A stretch of DNA of 63,994 bases, the filler included, from Stramenopiles sp. TOSAG23-2 (taxonomy: Eukaryota): NCBI GenBank assembly GCA_900128395.1. It is 14 parts of 14 records of this genome, joined end to end, with 100 filler letters (N's around TTAATTAATTAA, not from the genome) between each part and the next. Parts side by side here need not be neighbours in the genome. Positions count along the whole stretch, not along the records: positions 9,209 to 13,706 come from LT650879.1; positions 13,807 to 18,302 come from LT650880.1; positions 18,403 to 22,891 come from LT650881.1; 11 more parts are not named here. One strand, 5' to 3'. Positions within the stretch are counted from its first letter, which is position 1. Each line of letters opens with the position of its first letter. This document shows positions 10,147 to 22,991 of the stretch, in pieces. The translations under genes and the position numbers were made by a program. The notes beneath the pieces were generated by a model. It worked only from the letters and a program-made list of their open reading frames with translations, was not told the DNA's origin and searched no databases.

Positions 10147-11093
10147 AAATAGTTGTGTATTTAATTATGACCATATCATATATGCGTATATACATATATT
10201 TATGTGTGTGAATATGATTGTAATTCATAGTATGAAAAAGGACAGTATTATATACGTGTGTATGTATATATACTTCGTAATGTTTTGTTAAAGATTCATT
10301 TTGCATGATCACATATCAATCTATAGATGACATGAAATATGATTATTTTGACTTAATGCATCATCTGTAATTTTGGGCCCACATATACATTCGTATACTA
10401 TACATGAAACTATTTTTTTCATTTTATTTCATATTTAAATAGTAAATACATGTGTATATATAAAATTATAAACAATACATATTTTTTGGAAAAATAAAAA
10501 ATATACAGTTTGTATATGTGTGTACGGTTTGTGTATACCACAGAGAGGTGTATACCAAAAAGGTATAATATGTGTTGTATACAAATGTGCAAATCACACA
10601 AAAAAATAAAATTTTTTGGCAGTGTTTTTTAACCTAACCTCTAACTCTGATCAAATGCAGATTACCTATCAAATGACCATTATATATACTTGAATGGGTT
10701 TTTACAATACTAATTGAAGGATTTTTTCTTTTTTTAGTATTCTTCATCCTGCCGTAGCCTGTGTCCTTGTTATTTTCACTGGCCCAGATCGATCGAACTT
10801 TGCACCTTAGATGAAAATACCATTGGATTTGTACTAATCTGCTTTTTCATTCGAAATAAAAATTCTAAATTAACACTACACAGTATGGACACACGCGTAT
10901 TTAGATTCTCGAATACCATGAAGAATTAACACTAATAACAATAGAAAGACAAATATATATATATATATATTTATAGTTAGATGTACAAGACATACAAGTA
11001 CACATATACAAACAATATTACAAACAATATTACAAACAAAAACAACAAAAAGCAGAAAAGGAAAAAAAAGAAACGAAAACAATATAATTAATC

Positions 11094-11345
11094 ATGCCAG
11101 TTCAAGATATGTTATTCCCATCAAAAGCCTCTGAGGCAAAGAAGCACAAGTTAAAAAGATTAGTGCAAGGACCAAATAGTTATTTCATGGATGTTAAATG
11201 CCCAGGTTGTTATAATATCCAAACTGTTTTCTCCCACGTACATGCCCCAGTTTTTTGCTCTAGTTGCTCCATCCAAATTGCTCAACCAACAGGTGGAAAA
11301 TCTAGATTGACAGAAGGATGCTCCTTCCGTAAAAAATTCGATTAA
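11094..11345 (+). CDS. RPS27: 40S ribosomal protein S27 (eS27)
   Basis: [23 protein letters not shown]...CSSC...[17 protein letters not shown]. Confidence 0.98.
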   Translation: MPVQDMLFPSKASEAKKHKLKRLVQGPNSYFMDVKCPGCYNIQTVFSHVHAPVFCSSCSIQIAQPTGGKSRLTEGCSFRKKFD

Positions 11346-11952
11346 ATTTATTTTGTTTATAATTTAATTAGTTAGCTATATATAAAATTACAAGAGTTAG
11401 GGGGTAGACACCAAAACTACCATTTGATATATGTATATAGTACATATCTAGGTTACATGATAATATGAATACCTGTTTTTTGTCTGTTTGAGATAAATGA
11501 ATATTAATTTACGTTTATCATTTTATGTATGTTGCGAAGACATACATATTGTTATGTACGTGTTGTAAAACAAAAAAAAGGATAGTATATAAATAAGACA
11601 AAGTCAGGAATAGACGTGTATAATCATGTATGAAATCTAGAAGTGTGTATTTAAATCATTTTTTTATAAAAATACGAGATATATAATGAAGGAGGAACAG
11701 AGAGGTGTTCTTCCCTTTTTCTTCAAAACACAAGTTTTTATGTTTAATAATTTTATTCTCTTATTCTCCCTTATTAAAATCGAATTTAAAATATATATAC
11801 GTACTTCGTACAACTTCATCTCCATATAATATACGAACCGTATATCATATACGAGTATAAAATACGTAGATGTTTACCAGTTTACACTTTTTTTAAATCT
11901 ACGCTCTTCTTTCATCTTCTAGATCTTACATTATACTGTAACAACTACCGTC

Positions 11953-13706
11953 CTAATCATCTGCTTCATCATCTACAAAAGAAATCAATATTTTTCCATC
12001 TTCAACGAAATCACCTTCGTTAAAACCAACAGATTCAATAGTACCATCCATTTGTGCACGTATTATATGTTCCATTTTCATCGCTGTTAAAATCATCAAT
12101 GGCGCCCCTTTCTCTACCACATCACCAGCCGATACCATTACTTTAATAACAGATCCAGGCATTGGTGTTTTAATTGCTAATTTACCTTTTGTACCTTCAT
12201 CATCACCTAAATCCAATGCTGGTACTTGTAATGGATATGCATGTTTCATACCTTTTTCTTGATCGCAAAATACACTGTATGTATTGTTTGCATAATCTCT
12301 CGCTACGGTTCCTGTAAACCTTTGTTCACCGATGTACGCAACAAGCTCTGTTGGTTCACCAACGGCATAGCCACTTACATCATATGTAGTGCCGTTCACA
12401 GTACCTTGAAATGAAACGGTTTGGCCATCACTGTTTGAAAGACTTGGTAAATAATTTATTTCAACTTGTAAATCTTCATCCGCATCGTTTCCGCCTTGGA
12501 AATGTAAAGTACGCGAACGTCCACTTGAGCCGGAAAAACGTGCACCAACATTACTCAATGCATTCCACGGGGAACCATCATGTGGCAAACTAATGGCTTC
12601 TTCAACTAAACGCCCTAATGCGCATAGTAAAACAATATGATCAGGTGTAGGTCCTGATTTTGGTAATAGTTCCTCATAGTTTTTCTCTATAAAATTTGTA
12701 TCCAAATCACCACTAACAAATGCTTCATGGGAAGCAATTTTACGGCAAAACTCAATGTTTGTCGGTAAACCAACAATGCGATAATCACGCAATGCACCAT
12801 CAAGCACACGCAAGGCTTCCTCGCGATCATCCCCTTTTACAATTAATTTAGCAATCATCGGGTCGTAAAAAATGGATACATCATCGCCTTCCCGTACCCC
12901 AGAATCAATACGTATATCTGCATTTTTAAATGCAATATGTTCTGGCAACGACATGAAACTAACATTACCACTAGCAGGTAAAAAATTATTGTCCGGATTT
13001 TCAGCATAAATTCTAGCCTCAATAGCATGCCCAGTACACGTAACCTCTTCTTGTTTCAAAGGCAATTCCTCCCCAGCTGCTATTCGCAATTGCCAATTGA
13101 CCAAATCAACCCCGGTGACCATCTCTGTTACTGGATGTTCCACTTGTAATCGTGTATTCATTTCCATGAAATAAAAGCTCTCACCATCATCATCCAACAT
13201 AAATTCAACTGTACCAGCACCTTCATATCCAACTGCTTTTGCTGCATTTACTGCAGCAGTTCCCATACGTGCCCTTAACTCCTCCGTCATTCCAGGCGCA
13301 GGCGCCTCTTCTAATACTTTTTGATGGCGTCGTTGTACACTGCAATCACGTTCATACAAATGTATGCAATTTCCATGTTCATCCGCAAAAACTTGTAATT
13401 CAACATGACGGGGCTTTACTAAAAATCGTTCGATTAGAACACGATCATCCCCAAATGATTTTAATGCCTCGCGTTTACATCCATCCAAGCCCTCCTCAAA
13501 CCCAGACTCTTCCATGACCATACGCATGCCTTTACCACCACCACCAAGCACAGCTTTGATCATAATTGGATATCCCATCTTTTTTGCTTCTGCTCGCAAT
13601 GTTTCGACATCCTGTGCATCGCCATGATAACCTGGTGTTACTGGAACATCTGAAGCGATCATAATATCCTTCGAAGCACTTTTACTACCCATATCAATTA
13701 TAGCCT
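11953..13706 (-). CDS. MCCC1: 3-methylcrotonyl-CoA carboxylase alpha subunit (biotin carboxylase + biotinyl domain), 5' truncated
   Basis: GGGGKGMR, ERDCSVQRRHQK, FMEMNTRLQVEHPVTEM and the AMKMEH biotin-attachment motif. Confidence 0.9.
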
Positions 13707-14039
13707 NNNNNNNNNNNNNNNNNNNNNNNNNNNNNNNNNNNNNNNNNNNNTTAATTAATTAANNNNNNNNNNNNNNNNNNNNNNNNNNNNNNNNNNNNNN
13801 NNNNNNGGTAAGTTGGCTCCACCAGTCCACATGCACCACCCACTACTATAACTTCAACACAAGCACTAAACACCATTATAAATATCAACAACATATTATA
13901 TTATATATTATAGAATAATACATAGTATACGTATTACTATTATTGTTTGGCACTTGCACGTTTATCAAATAAGTCCAAAAGGTAGATTATTTACATTATA
14001 TCTTTGAAATCAATTTGCTGATCCTAAATCATAGCCAAA

Positions 14040-17000
14040 ATGTTCGAAGAGAAAAAATCATTTGCCAGCAAGGTAGATAATAATTATGAAGGTAAAAATA
14101 AGTATAAAGTAATGGCTTTTCCAGAGAAATATAGAAAATCGCAACAATTAGAAAAAAATGAAGCGTTATATTCTTCATCGTTGACGCAACTTGTTATGTG
14201 TATTCAAAATGGTATGAGAATATCTAAAGATGATTTATTAAGAAAAAAGGCCGATACTGAAAGCAATAACTATCTGAAAAATATTCGAAAACTGCGTATA
14301 ATACATGGTTCAAAAGAAAAAATACATTTACAAAGTTTAGAAGTTTATGATACAGCGGGTAGTAATGTTACCTCGAAAAATAAAACAGTGAGAAAAAAAA
14401 TGGAAGAGGAACGGAGGAAGCAACAACAAATTATTCAAATCTTTAAAAAATATGGAAAAAAAACACCCATCAATGGAGCAGCAAAAGAAGGCAACCTAAA
14501 ATTTATAAAACTTCTCGTGGAATACGAAAAAATGGATATAAATACAGTAGGCGATGGTGGGATAACACCTATCATAATGGCGGCTTGGGCTAATAAACCA
14601 AAAGTCGTTGAGTATTTATTAACAAATAAATATACTGATGTAAATGTCGCAAATAATGCAGGTTTAACACCATTTCATTGGGCAGCTACAAAATCACACT
14701 TTGAAATCATGAAGCTATTGATTAACGATTCACGTACTGATTTGTGTAAAGTGGATGCAAATGGCAAAACTCCGATACATGTTGCAGCTCAAGTTTGCGA
14801 TGATAAGCATATGGATATTATTGAATCAATGTTAAATAGAAATTTCCCAGGTTTTAATGAATCAATCACAGCAACTGATAGAGATGAAACAAATGCTTTG
14901 CATGCAGCAAAAGGCAAATCGTTTGAGCAAATCCTAAAAAATGCATCGGAGAAGTCAAGTTCTGGTGTATACGCCCCTAATGATACCAATGGCAAAAATG
15001 ATGTAATGGACGACGATATTCTTGAATATATAAATATTGATTTTCAATCAAGTATTGATATATCAAGCTGTTCCATTTACAACAGTAGCCAAACTAATAG
15101 CAATAAATTTTATAATGCAGAGATTCAATGCTTAAATGATTCAAATGAAATTGTTGCATCATTTTCACTGAAAAGTAATTCTTGCACGCAATCATTTGGT
15201 TGCTTTATTGGAGAAAATGGAAGAAATGTTTTGCATGCAGCAGCAACAGCAAGAACGATGATCAAAGATGACGTTTGGGATATTTTAATTAATGAGATAC
15301 CGAATTCCAATAGATTGCTATTAACGTACGATAGTTATGGGCAAACACCTTTGTTATTAGCTTTGAATTCCAAAGCACCATTGTTCAATGTCAAAAAATT
15401 ATTGAATCGGTCGAGTATAATGTTGGATGTCTTTGATAATAGCACCAAAGTTACAACACCACATCATTTTGCAAGCAGTCAACAATACGATAGAAATTTT
15501 CTCAAGGAATTAAATGAATTACGCCCTGAGGCAACACAGCTAGAGGATAATGATGGAAACAAACCTTTCATGTTGCTTTCGACATTATATGGCGATCTTA
15601 CAAAAGTCAAGGCTACTACATCAGTAGAAGAAATAAATTATATTTTAGAAAATGATAAAGATGCATTGACCAGAGCATACTCTAGTAGTGTTGTCAAACA
15701 AGTGAAAAAAAAGTACGGAAATGAAGATGAACTTGAAAAAGCGGCAGCATTAAATAACATAGAAGATTGTAAAATTTTAATTGATTCTGGTAACGATATC
15801 AACGCTGTAGCATTTAGCCATAATAATAACACACCACTAGTGATTGCAGCCAGTAAAGGACATTTAAATGTATGTAAGTTACTCCTTTCGCAAACAAATA
15901 TTGATGTAAATAAATGCGGTATGAATGGCAGATCAGCATTGCTAATGAGCTCCTGGAATGGTCATAGATCTGTTGTAGAACTGCTTTGTATGCATCCAGA
16001 TATAGAGCCATCGTTAACAATGACGGATGATACTAAAAATGATGCAATGACCCCTTTAAAAAAAGCAAAGAGTGGTAGTATTAAAACAATAATAAAGATG
16101 CGTATTGATCGGGGTACTGTTGACAGTGATAGACTTAAATTTGAAGCAATTCGAAACGAGTATCTAAATTATCGCGTCAAAGGCAGCTTGCCGTTACATT
16201 ATGCCATAAATGCGGGATGCCCAAAATATATCATTGAACAATTAGCAGGAATAACTACCGAGGAGAAAAATATTACAATATTATCACCAAATAAAAACAT
16301 GGATTCAGCAATGCACCTGTTATTAAAGCATGCCAGAGCCAGCCCTAGCGTACGTCTTAAAAATATCAAAAACAATTGCTATTTAACTGTTAATGACGAC
16401 AATGATGAAACAACAAATGAAAGCCATGTACCTATATATAGTAATGCGCAAGATCGATTCGGAGATACTATTGATATTATCAAATTGAGAAATTATTACA
16501 ATAATTTATACAAAGATATTAAAATAAAATACGACAATTCGAATGAAATTGTCAAAGCAGCTAAAGCTGGAAACCTAGAAGATTGCATGAAACTGCTAGA
16601 AGCCGGAGAAGATGTAAATTTGAAAAGTTACGAATCCGATAATACCCCGTTAACAAGAGCAGCAGCTTATGGACATTTTGAGATTTGCAAATTATTAGTA
16701 GAACAGCCAGATATAGATGTTAATAAGGGTGGGTACTTAAATAGAACCCCTTTGCTAATGTGTTCTATGGAAGGGCACAAGGATATTGTGGAGCTCTTAC
16801 TAAACCACCCACAGATTGGCCCATCTTTAAAAAAAGAAGGTGATGGTGGAAATACTCCATTAAGCAAGGCGGCAAATGCTGAGATACGAAATATGATACA
16901 AACAAAAATTGATTTTTATGTAGAGAATGGTAAAAGTTTTGAAGTTCCAGGTAAAGCTACTACTACAAATGCTGATCTAGGACACGCTGGGTACGTCGCG

Positions 17001-18302
17001 CTAAAGAGCATTTATGGAAAATACGTAACTGCTCATCCTAATGGCGGTCTTGATTGGAAAGCTACGAAAATTGGTGAAAATGAAAAGTTTGAGCTTGTTC
17101 CTAAACCATTTTCTCTGGCTGAAACTGGAAAAGCTCCGATAGCGTTTAGGGCAGTGAAGCATGGTGGGTATTTAAGTATTCACCCAAAAACGGGTATGCC
17201 TTACCTGAATAAAATAGTAGATAAAAAACTTACAAAAAGTGAATATTTTCATGAAGGTTGGACTGTTGCAGAAAAAATGAAGTCGTTAATGCAAAATTTA
17301 GATGATCTAGCGACTAGCCCATTTTTAGCCATGAATAGTAATTTACAGTTACCAATTCACTTAGCCATTCAAAGCACTACGTTGCCATCTGAATTCATTG
17401 GAGAAATTTTTCAGAAAACAAAACAAGCCCTTGATCGTAATCAAATGCCAGTAACATTTCTCTCGCTACCGCCTCTGTCTAAATTTTCGATAGGTTTAGA
17501 CGTATCTGTGCATTCTAAAAAACTCAAAAATATTCAAATAGGGAAAAAATATAAGCTTGATCGATATCGTGAAGATAGAGATCAATTTTTTTTAAGTGAT
17601 CCTATTACGAAGGAAGTATTTGATTACAAATTTAAAAGCGAGGATTTAGTGAAATATATGTCCCATGGAACATTGCTCCATGCATTGTTAGATAAAAAAA
17701 AATTAGACCAAAAATTGTTTAAAGAATTGATAAAAACGTTTCCTGAAATGTGTTCGATAAAAAATGACTGTGGTATATATCCTGTCCAAGTCGCAAGTGA
17801 GAACAACCATCATGAGGAAATTATTAAATTATTATGGGCGACGATGAAAACAGGTAAATCAGGAACGTTGGCATTGAAGTGTCATTTATTCGAAGAAGCA
17901 AAGCATTTGTTCGTGGAGAAGGATACCATACTAAGTACAGAAAATTTATTTTTATGCATTGACACGTACAAAAAAATTAAGAATAAATCGCTTGGAGGTG
18001 CAAGTGATTTAGTAGATATTGTTAAAAGTCTAATAGAACGCAATCCATCTTCAATTGTTGGTATTCCATGTGATTTTGAAGCTAGGGAGAACGTAAACGA
18101 TTTTTTATCTATGATATACAATCAAGAGGAGTCCGTAGACAAAGTGTTAAAACGTAACCTCGATAAAAAATCAGTGTACAAATATATGCAAGATTGGTAT
18201 AAAACTGCGAAATTGTCAAGAATACTTGGAGACCCAGAAGAAAGTAAATTGCTGGAGAGTAATACTATTAGCATGACCCAATTATCAACATGGGGATCTC
18301 GA
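14040..18302 (+). CDS. Large ankyrin-repeat protein with galactose-binding-like and fascin/beta-trefoil-like segments (3' truncated)
   Basis: Many TPLxxAA..G ankyrin repeats; YVALKSIYGKYVTAHPNG..EKFEL fascin-like motif; open into the linker. Confidence 0.85.
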
Positions 18303-18426
18303 NNNNNNNNNNNNNNNNNNNNNNNNNNNNNNNNNNNNNNNNNNNNTTAATTAATTAANNNNNNNNNNNNNNNNNNNNNNNNNNNNNNNNNNNNNNNNNN
18401 NNGGTTCAAAATCACCTATATTAAAA

Positions 18427-19722
18427 ATGGCGTATAATATTAACCTGCAGCAACATCATCAAAAGAATAGTAATAATAATGATAATAACAACATAGTATC
18501 ATTTGCAAATATAAGTAAGATGTCTCCCGCTACTTCACCAACGTTGGAAAATAATAATAGTGAAAACAGAAAGGAAATAGTAGATGTATCTCCATTAACC
18601 ATAGGAAATGCTTCAAAACAACAAGCGTCAATGAATAATAAAAGTACTGATAAAAAAGATAATAATAATAATAAAATAATATCTTCAACTAGCAGCAGTA
18701 ATAATAATAATAATAATAATAATAGCAACGCAACGACAAACGACAATAGTAAACAAATCAACAAAATAGATAAATTTGATGACAAATCATTGATATCACC
18801 AACTAGAAAAAAGAAAAATGCATCATTTCGTAATAGAGCTGGTTCGTTACCAGCAACAAAACTATCACCTTTAAAAAATAAGAAATCAACCCAAAATAAT
18901 AAAGAAGAAATGAATCAACAACGTAGTAACCAAATAAAAAGCAATAACAACAAACTCTCTGTATCAACTGAGACAGTAACACCAGCACTATCTCCAAAAC
19001 GACCAAATCGATTTTCACCAATAAATAGCAAAGAAGCAAAGGCTAATAGTAGTAATAAAAAGAAAAATAGTAATGCAGCAAATGATAAAGCTGAAATTAA
19101 ACGTAAACAGGAATTATTAGAAGCTGAACAAAGAATGGAACAAATGGAAAAAGATGCTCGTAAACGTTTATTAAATGCCATGAGAGAACAAGAAGAAGAT
19201 ATGGAACGAAAGAAAAAGGCAAAATTGGCAAAAGCAAAAGCACAAAAAGAACAAGAATTACGAAAACGAATAAGTCGTAACAACAAGAACAATAATAATA
19301 GTAGTAGTATAAATAGTAAGAATACAAACAATAATGATACTGCAAAACAAAAAAACATAAGTAGTAATGATAAGAACAAAAAAAATAATAAACATACAAA
19401 AAATGATGTTGAAGAAACAGCATCAAATACATTAAAATTATTTTTCTTCATCGTGTTTTTGACATTTTGTTTTCTATCAATTTTATATGCTAATGGTGAA
19501 AGTGAAACAGTAGCAGTAAAGAATATTGAGAATTTAGATAATATTAATAATGAAAACGACATGGCAGCACCATCTTCAACAATTGATAGTAACACATTGT
19601 ATAAATATGCCCCAGACAATAATAAAGAAAAAGAGAGCAACAATAATAATAATAAAAAAAAAAGTACTCGTAAGAGAAATAATAAAAAAAAAAGTACTAC
19701 TAGTAAGAGAAACAAAAAGTAG
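18427..19722 (+). CDS. Asn/Lys-rich coiled-coil protein with one predicted transmembrane helix
   Basis: 431-aa ORF with poly-N tracts and a hydrophobic stretch LFFFIVFLTFCFLSILYA. Confidence 0.7.
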   Translation: MAYNINLQQHHQKNSNNNDNNNIVSFANISKMSPATSPTLENNNSENRKEIVDVSPLTIGNASKQQASMNNKSTDKKDNNNNKIISSTSSSNNNNNNNNSNATTNDNSKQINKIDKFDDKSLISPTRKKKNASFRNRAGSLPATKLSPLKNKKSTQNNKEEMNQQRSNQIKSNNNKLSVSTETVTPALSPKRPNRFSPINSKEAKANSSNKKKNSNAANDKAEIKRKQELLEAEQRMEQMEKDARKRLLNAMREQEEDMERKKKAKLAKAKAQKEQELRKRISRNNKNNNNSSSINSKNTNNNDTAKQKNISSNDKNKKNNKHTKNDVEETASNTLKLFFFIVFLTFCFLSILYANGESETVAVKNIENLDNINNENDMAAPSSTIDSNTLYKYAPDNNKEKESNNNNNKKKSTRKRNNKKKSTTSKRNKK

Positions 19723-20008
19723 AAGAAGAGACTAAGGGTGATGTGGAACACAGAGAGAGGCGAAAACTGTTTCATCATATCTCGCTTTGTGTATGATACA
19801 TATGTGCATATGGTTTTATTAATATTTCATAAAAAATGTAATTTTTATTATTTTATAAATATGACATATATATATATGATATGATATCATACACACAAAG
19901 TAAAATCGTAGACTCTCTATATAAAATTAAAAAAAGCTGATCCCAGTCGCACGTTTAAATTTCTAGAGTGTTATCAGAGTGTTTTTAGCTATCCTCCTCC
20001 TCCAACTT

Positions 20009-21779
20009 TTACACCCCTTTGAAATTCTTTCGCTTTAATAATTTAGAAGCAATTCGATTAACTTTCGGATCAACAACAATACTATTGGAACTTTCATCAT
20101 CATCATCATTATCTAATTCCTCAATTAATTTCTTTTTCTTTTTCTTATCTGTTTTTCCTTTTTTCTTATTTCCATTGTTGCTTACATTTATATTATTAAT
20201 TTCCCACCCATTACTAGCACGATCTTCTGCTTCTTGCCTTTCTTTAATATCTGCCTCCAAATTACCAATACTTTTCTTTAGTTTTTTCAACTTTTTTAAA
20301 ACCTCTTTTGGAGGTTTACTTCGTATTTCTGCTTGTAGTACTTTCTTTGCCTCCTTTAATTTATTTAATGCATCATCTTTTTTACCAAGAATATCAAGAG
20401 CTTGTCCAAATCGATGAAATGCTTTAACGTACGTCGGATCACGCTTTATAGCATCTTTACAAGCTTCAATACATTTTTCTGCATGTTTAAACATATTGAC
20501 ATTCTTCTCATCAATACCATCATTTACTCTTAAATTTTTCAATTTCTTAACTTCATTTTGAATTTGTTTTGATAATTGCAACCAAGCTGCTGCTAAATTT
20601 GCATAAAATGCTGCCCTTGTATTATCATGTCGTATAGCTTCTTTATACGCTTCAATAGCCTCCTTATACAATTTCTTTTTAAACAATTCATTGCCATTTG
20701 CACGAGCTTCATCCGCTTTTTCTGCCGGAGTACGAGTATCTTTGACTTCTTCAATTTCAATTATATCCGCACCTCCATCAATGCTATTATTGTTTTTATT
20801 ATTATTTAAAGCATTATTGTTCACTTTTACACGATGCCCATCCATATCTTCAGCAGGAGGAAATCGAATGAAATCTTCATATAATTTCGTAATCAATTCT
20901 TTTTCTTCAGCAACAACAACACTTTCCTTCCATTTCTTTAATGTATTTAAAAGCTCTTTGCTTAAATTTAAAATCCCATCTTTTGAATAAAGTTTCCGAG
21001 TCCAACTTAACCAAAATGCTAAGATTTGTAAACAAAAAAATGAAGCATTTGGAATTTTATTGTGATCTCCTTCAATATGTGGTCCATTTGATAATAAATT
21101 TTTAATAAAATCCCATTGACTTAATTCCAATAATCGCGTATGTAATACTTTTTGTTCATGATCTTTTGGTAGATCAAACCAGTCTAAATATGGTGTAGAC
21201 GTAACTTTTAATACAATATCAATAACTTTTTTTTAACATAATAATAATATTAATATGAATGTATAGGGTTAGTTTTCATGTCTATCTATGTATATATGTG
21301 TTTGAATTTCAAACGTTAAAAATAAACTTACCTTGACTACGCAAATAAATGTTTTTATGTGCAATTAATGTCGATAACGAACGCAATCCACCAGCGCGTA
21401 TGAATGATTTGCATAATGGCCAATTATCTGCATGATGTAAATACAACATGGAAATAAATGGGACTTGTAATATATGTTGAGGATGAGTACTTGGAGCACC
21501 AGTTGGTGGATCACATATCAACGTAACATATCCTTCAATTTGTTTCTCTGTTGGAAAAAATAAAAAATGCCTAGCTTCATCTTCACTAACACGTTTTTGC
21601 AAGCAAAATTCTAATTCTTTCGCTTTAGGTTCATCCCACTCCAGTCTTAACCGCCTTTCAATTTGTTTCCTTGGATTAGGTTGTTTTGGATCCGTTGAGG
21701 TTGGGATATGTTCTAATATTTTATTCAATAAGTTTTCAAATTCTGGTGTTGTAGTAGTTTTACATGTAAGTGATGCCAT
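20009..21779 (-). CDS. TPR-domain protein, two exons (21779-21332, 21225-20009)
   Basis: ATG 21779 (MASLTCK). Donor G|GTAAG at 21331, CTAAC branch point, AAG acceptor at 21226 restores the frame (RSQVIDIVLKV). TPR motif GNELFKKKLYKEAIEAYKEAI..YANLAAA. Confidence 0.82.
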
Positions 21780-21805
21780 GTTTGTAATGATATATATATA
21801 TTTAG

Positions 21806-22891
21806 ATGATATTATGGGAGAGGCAAATACACATTTTATGAAAAGTGAATATAAGGAAGCATTGGCAAAGTTAACAGAAGTTGTTAGGCAATGTCCTGGT
21901 GCACCTGACCCGTTCCATACCATGGGAGTAATACATGAACAGTTGAACAATTTTGAAAAAGCAATGAATGCATTTTATACAGCAGCTACGTTAACTGACA
22001 AAGACGCTTCGTTATGGATACATTGTGGACGACTTTGTTTTGAACGTAATGAGATTGAAAAAGCAGCAGCTTGTTTTAAAAAGGCTTGTCAACTAGATAA
22101 ATTAGATGTACACTCTGCAATTGATCGGTATACTTGTGAAATGAAATTGAAACATTATCGTCGTGCGACAAAGGCATTGCTTCCATCTTATAAACGATTA
22201 AAGTCTCGTGATTTAAGTGTAGCTTTGAGGGTTGCGGTTGGTTGTCAGAAGGATAAACGCACGAATGAATGTGTAGAAATACTAGAGGAAACGTTGATGG
22301 AATTTTGGAAACGAATGTGTCCAATGATGAAAATATTAACTCCATTTGGATTTGCACGGTTTGGTACCATTGCAGAGGAAGAAGAAGAACCTGGCACACG
22401 CGTGAAATATCTTAATAGGAAGCAAAGACACGATAGAACGGCAGCGTTGAAAGATTTAAATCATGATTTGCCATTGTTAGAATTATTAATAGATCAATAT
22501 TTATCCCTTGATAATTACAAAAGTATAATTAAATTTGTTCGTATATGTGAGTTAGTTCATAAAACAGCTAGTGAAACATTTGATTGCACTTTAAATATAA
22601 TAGTGAAATATGGAATAGCACAATATCAATGTAAAAACAATGCTGCTGGCCAAAGTGCATTATTACATTTATATAAAGTCCAAAACGATCATTTACATAG
22701 TGAGCTATTTAACTTAGTTGCAAATACATTTTTCAAGTTGAAAATGTACCGACGTGCCGCAGGTGTTTTTCAGCGTTTAGTTAAACTGAAGGAGTATGAT
22801 AATATGGACACGTGGTTCAAGCAAGCTGAATGTTATAAAAAAATCGAAGATTATGTACATGCCAAAGAAATATATGAAAAAGTATTAAAGG
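21806..22891 (+). CDS. GTF3C3: TFIIIC TPR subunit (GTF3C3/Tfc4), internal fragment
   Basis: IMGEANTHFMKSEYKEA..LTEVVRQCPGAPDPFHTMGVIHEQ first-TPR signature, LNIIVKYGI motif, further TPRs. Confidence 0.75.
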
Positions 22892-22991
22892 NNNNNNNNN
22901 NNNNNNNNNNNNNNNNNNNNNNNNNNNNNNNNNNNTTAATTAATTAANNNNNNNNNNNNNNNNNNNNNNNNNNNNNNNNNNNNNNNNNNNN

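Noticed and set aside
18915..19778. 287-aa hydrophobic minus-strand ORF
   Set aside because: Antisense shadow of the Asn/Lys-rich plus-strand gene.
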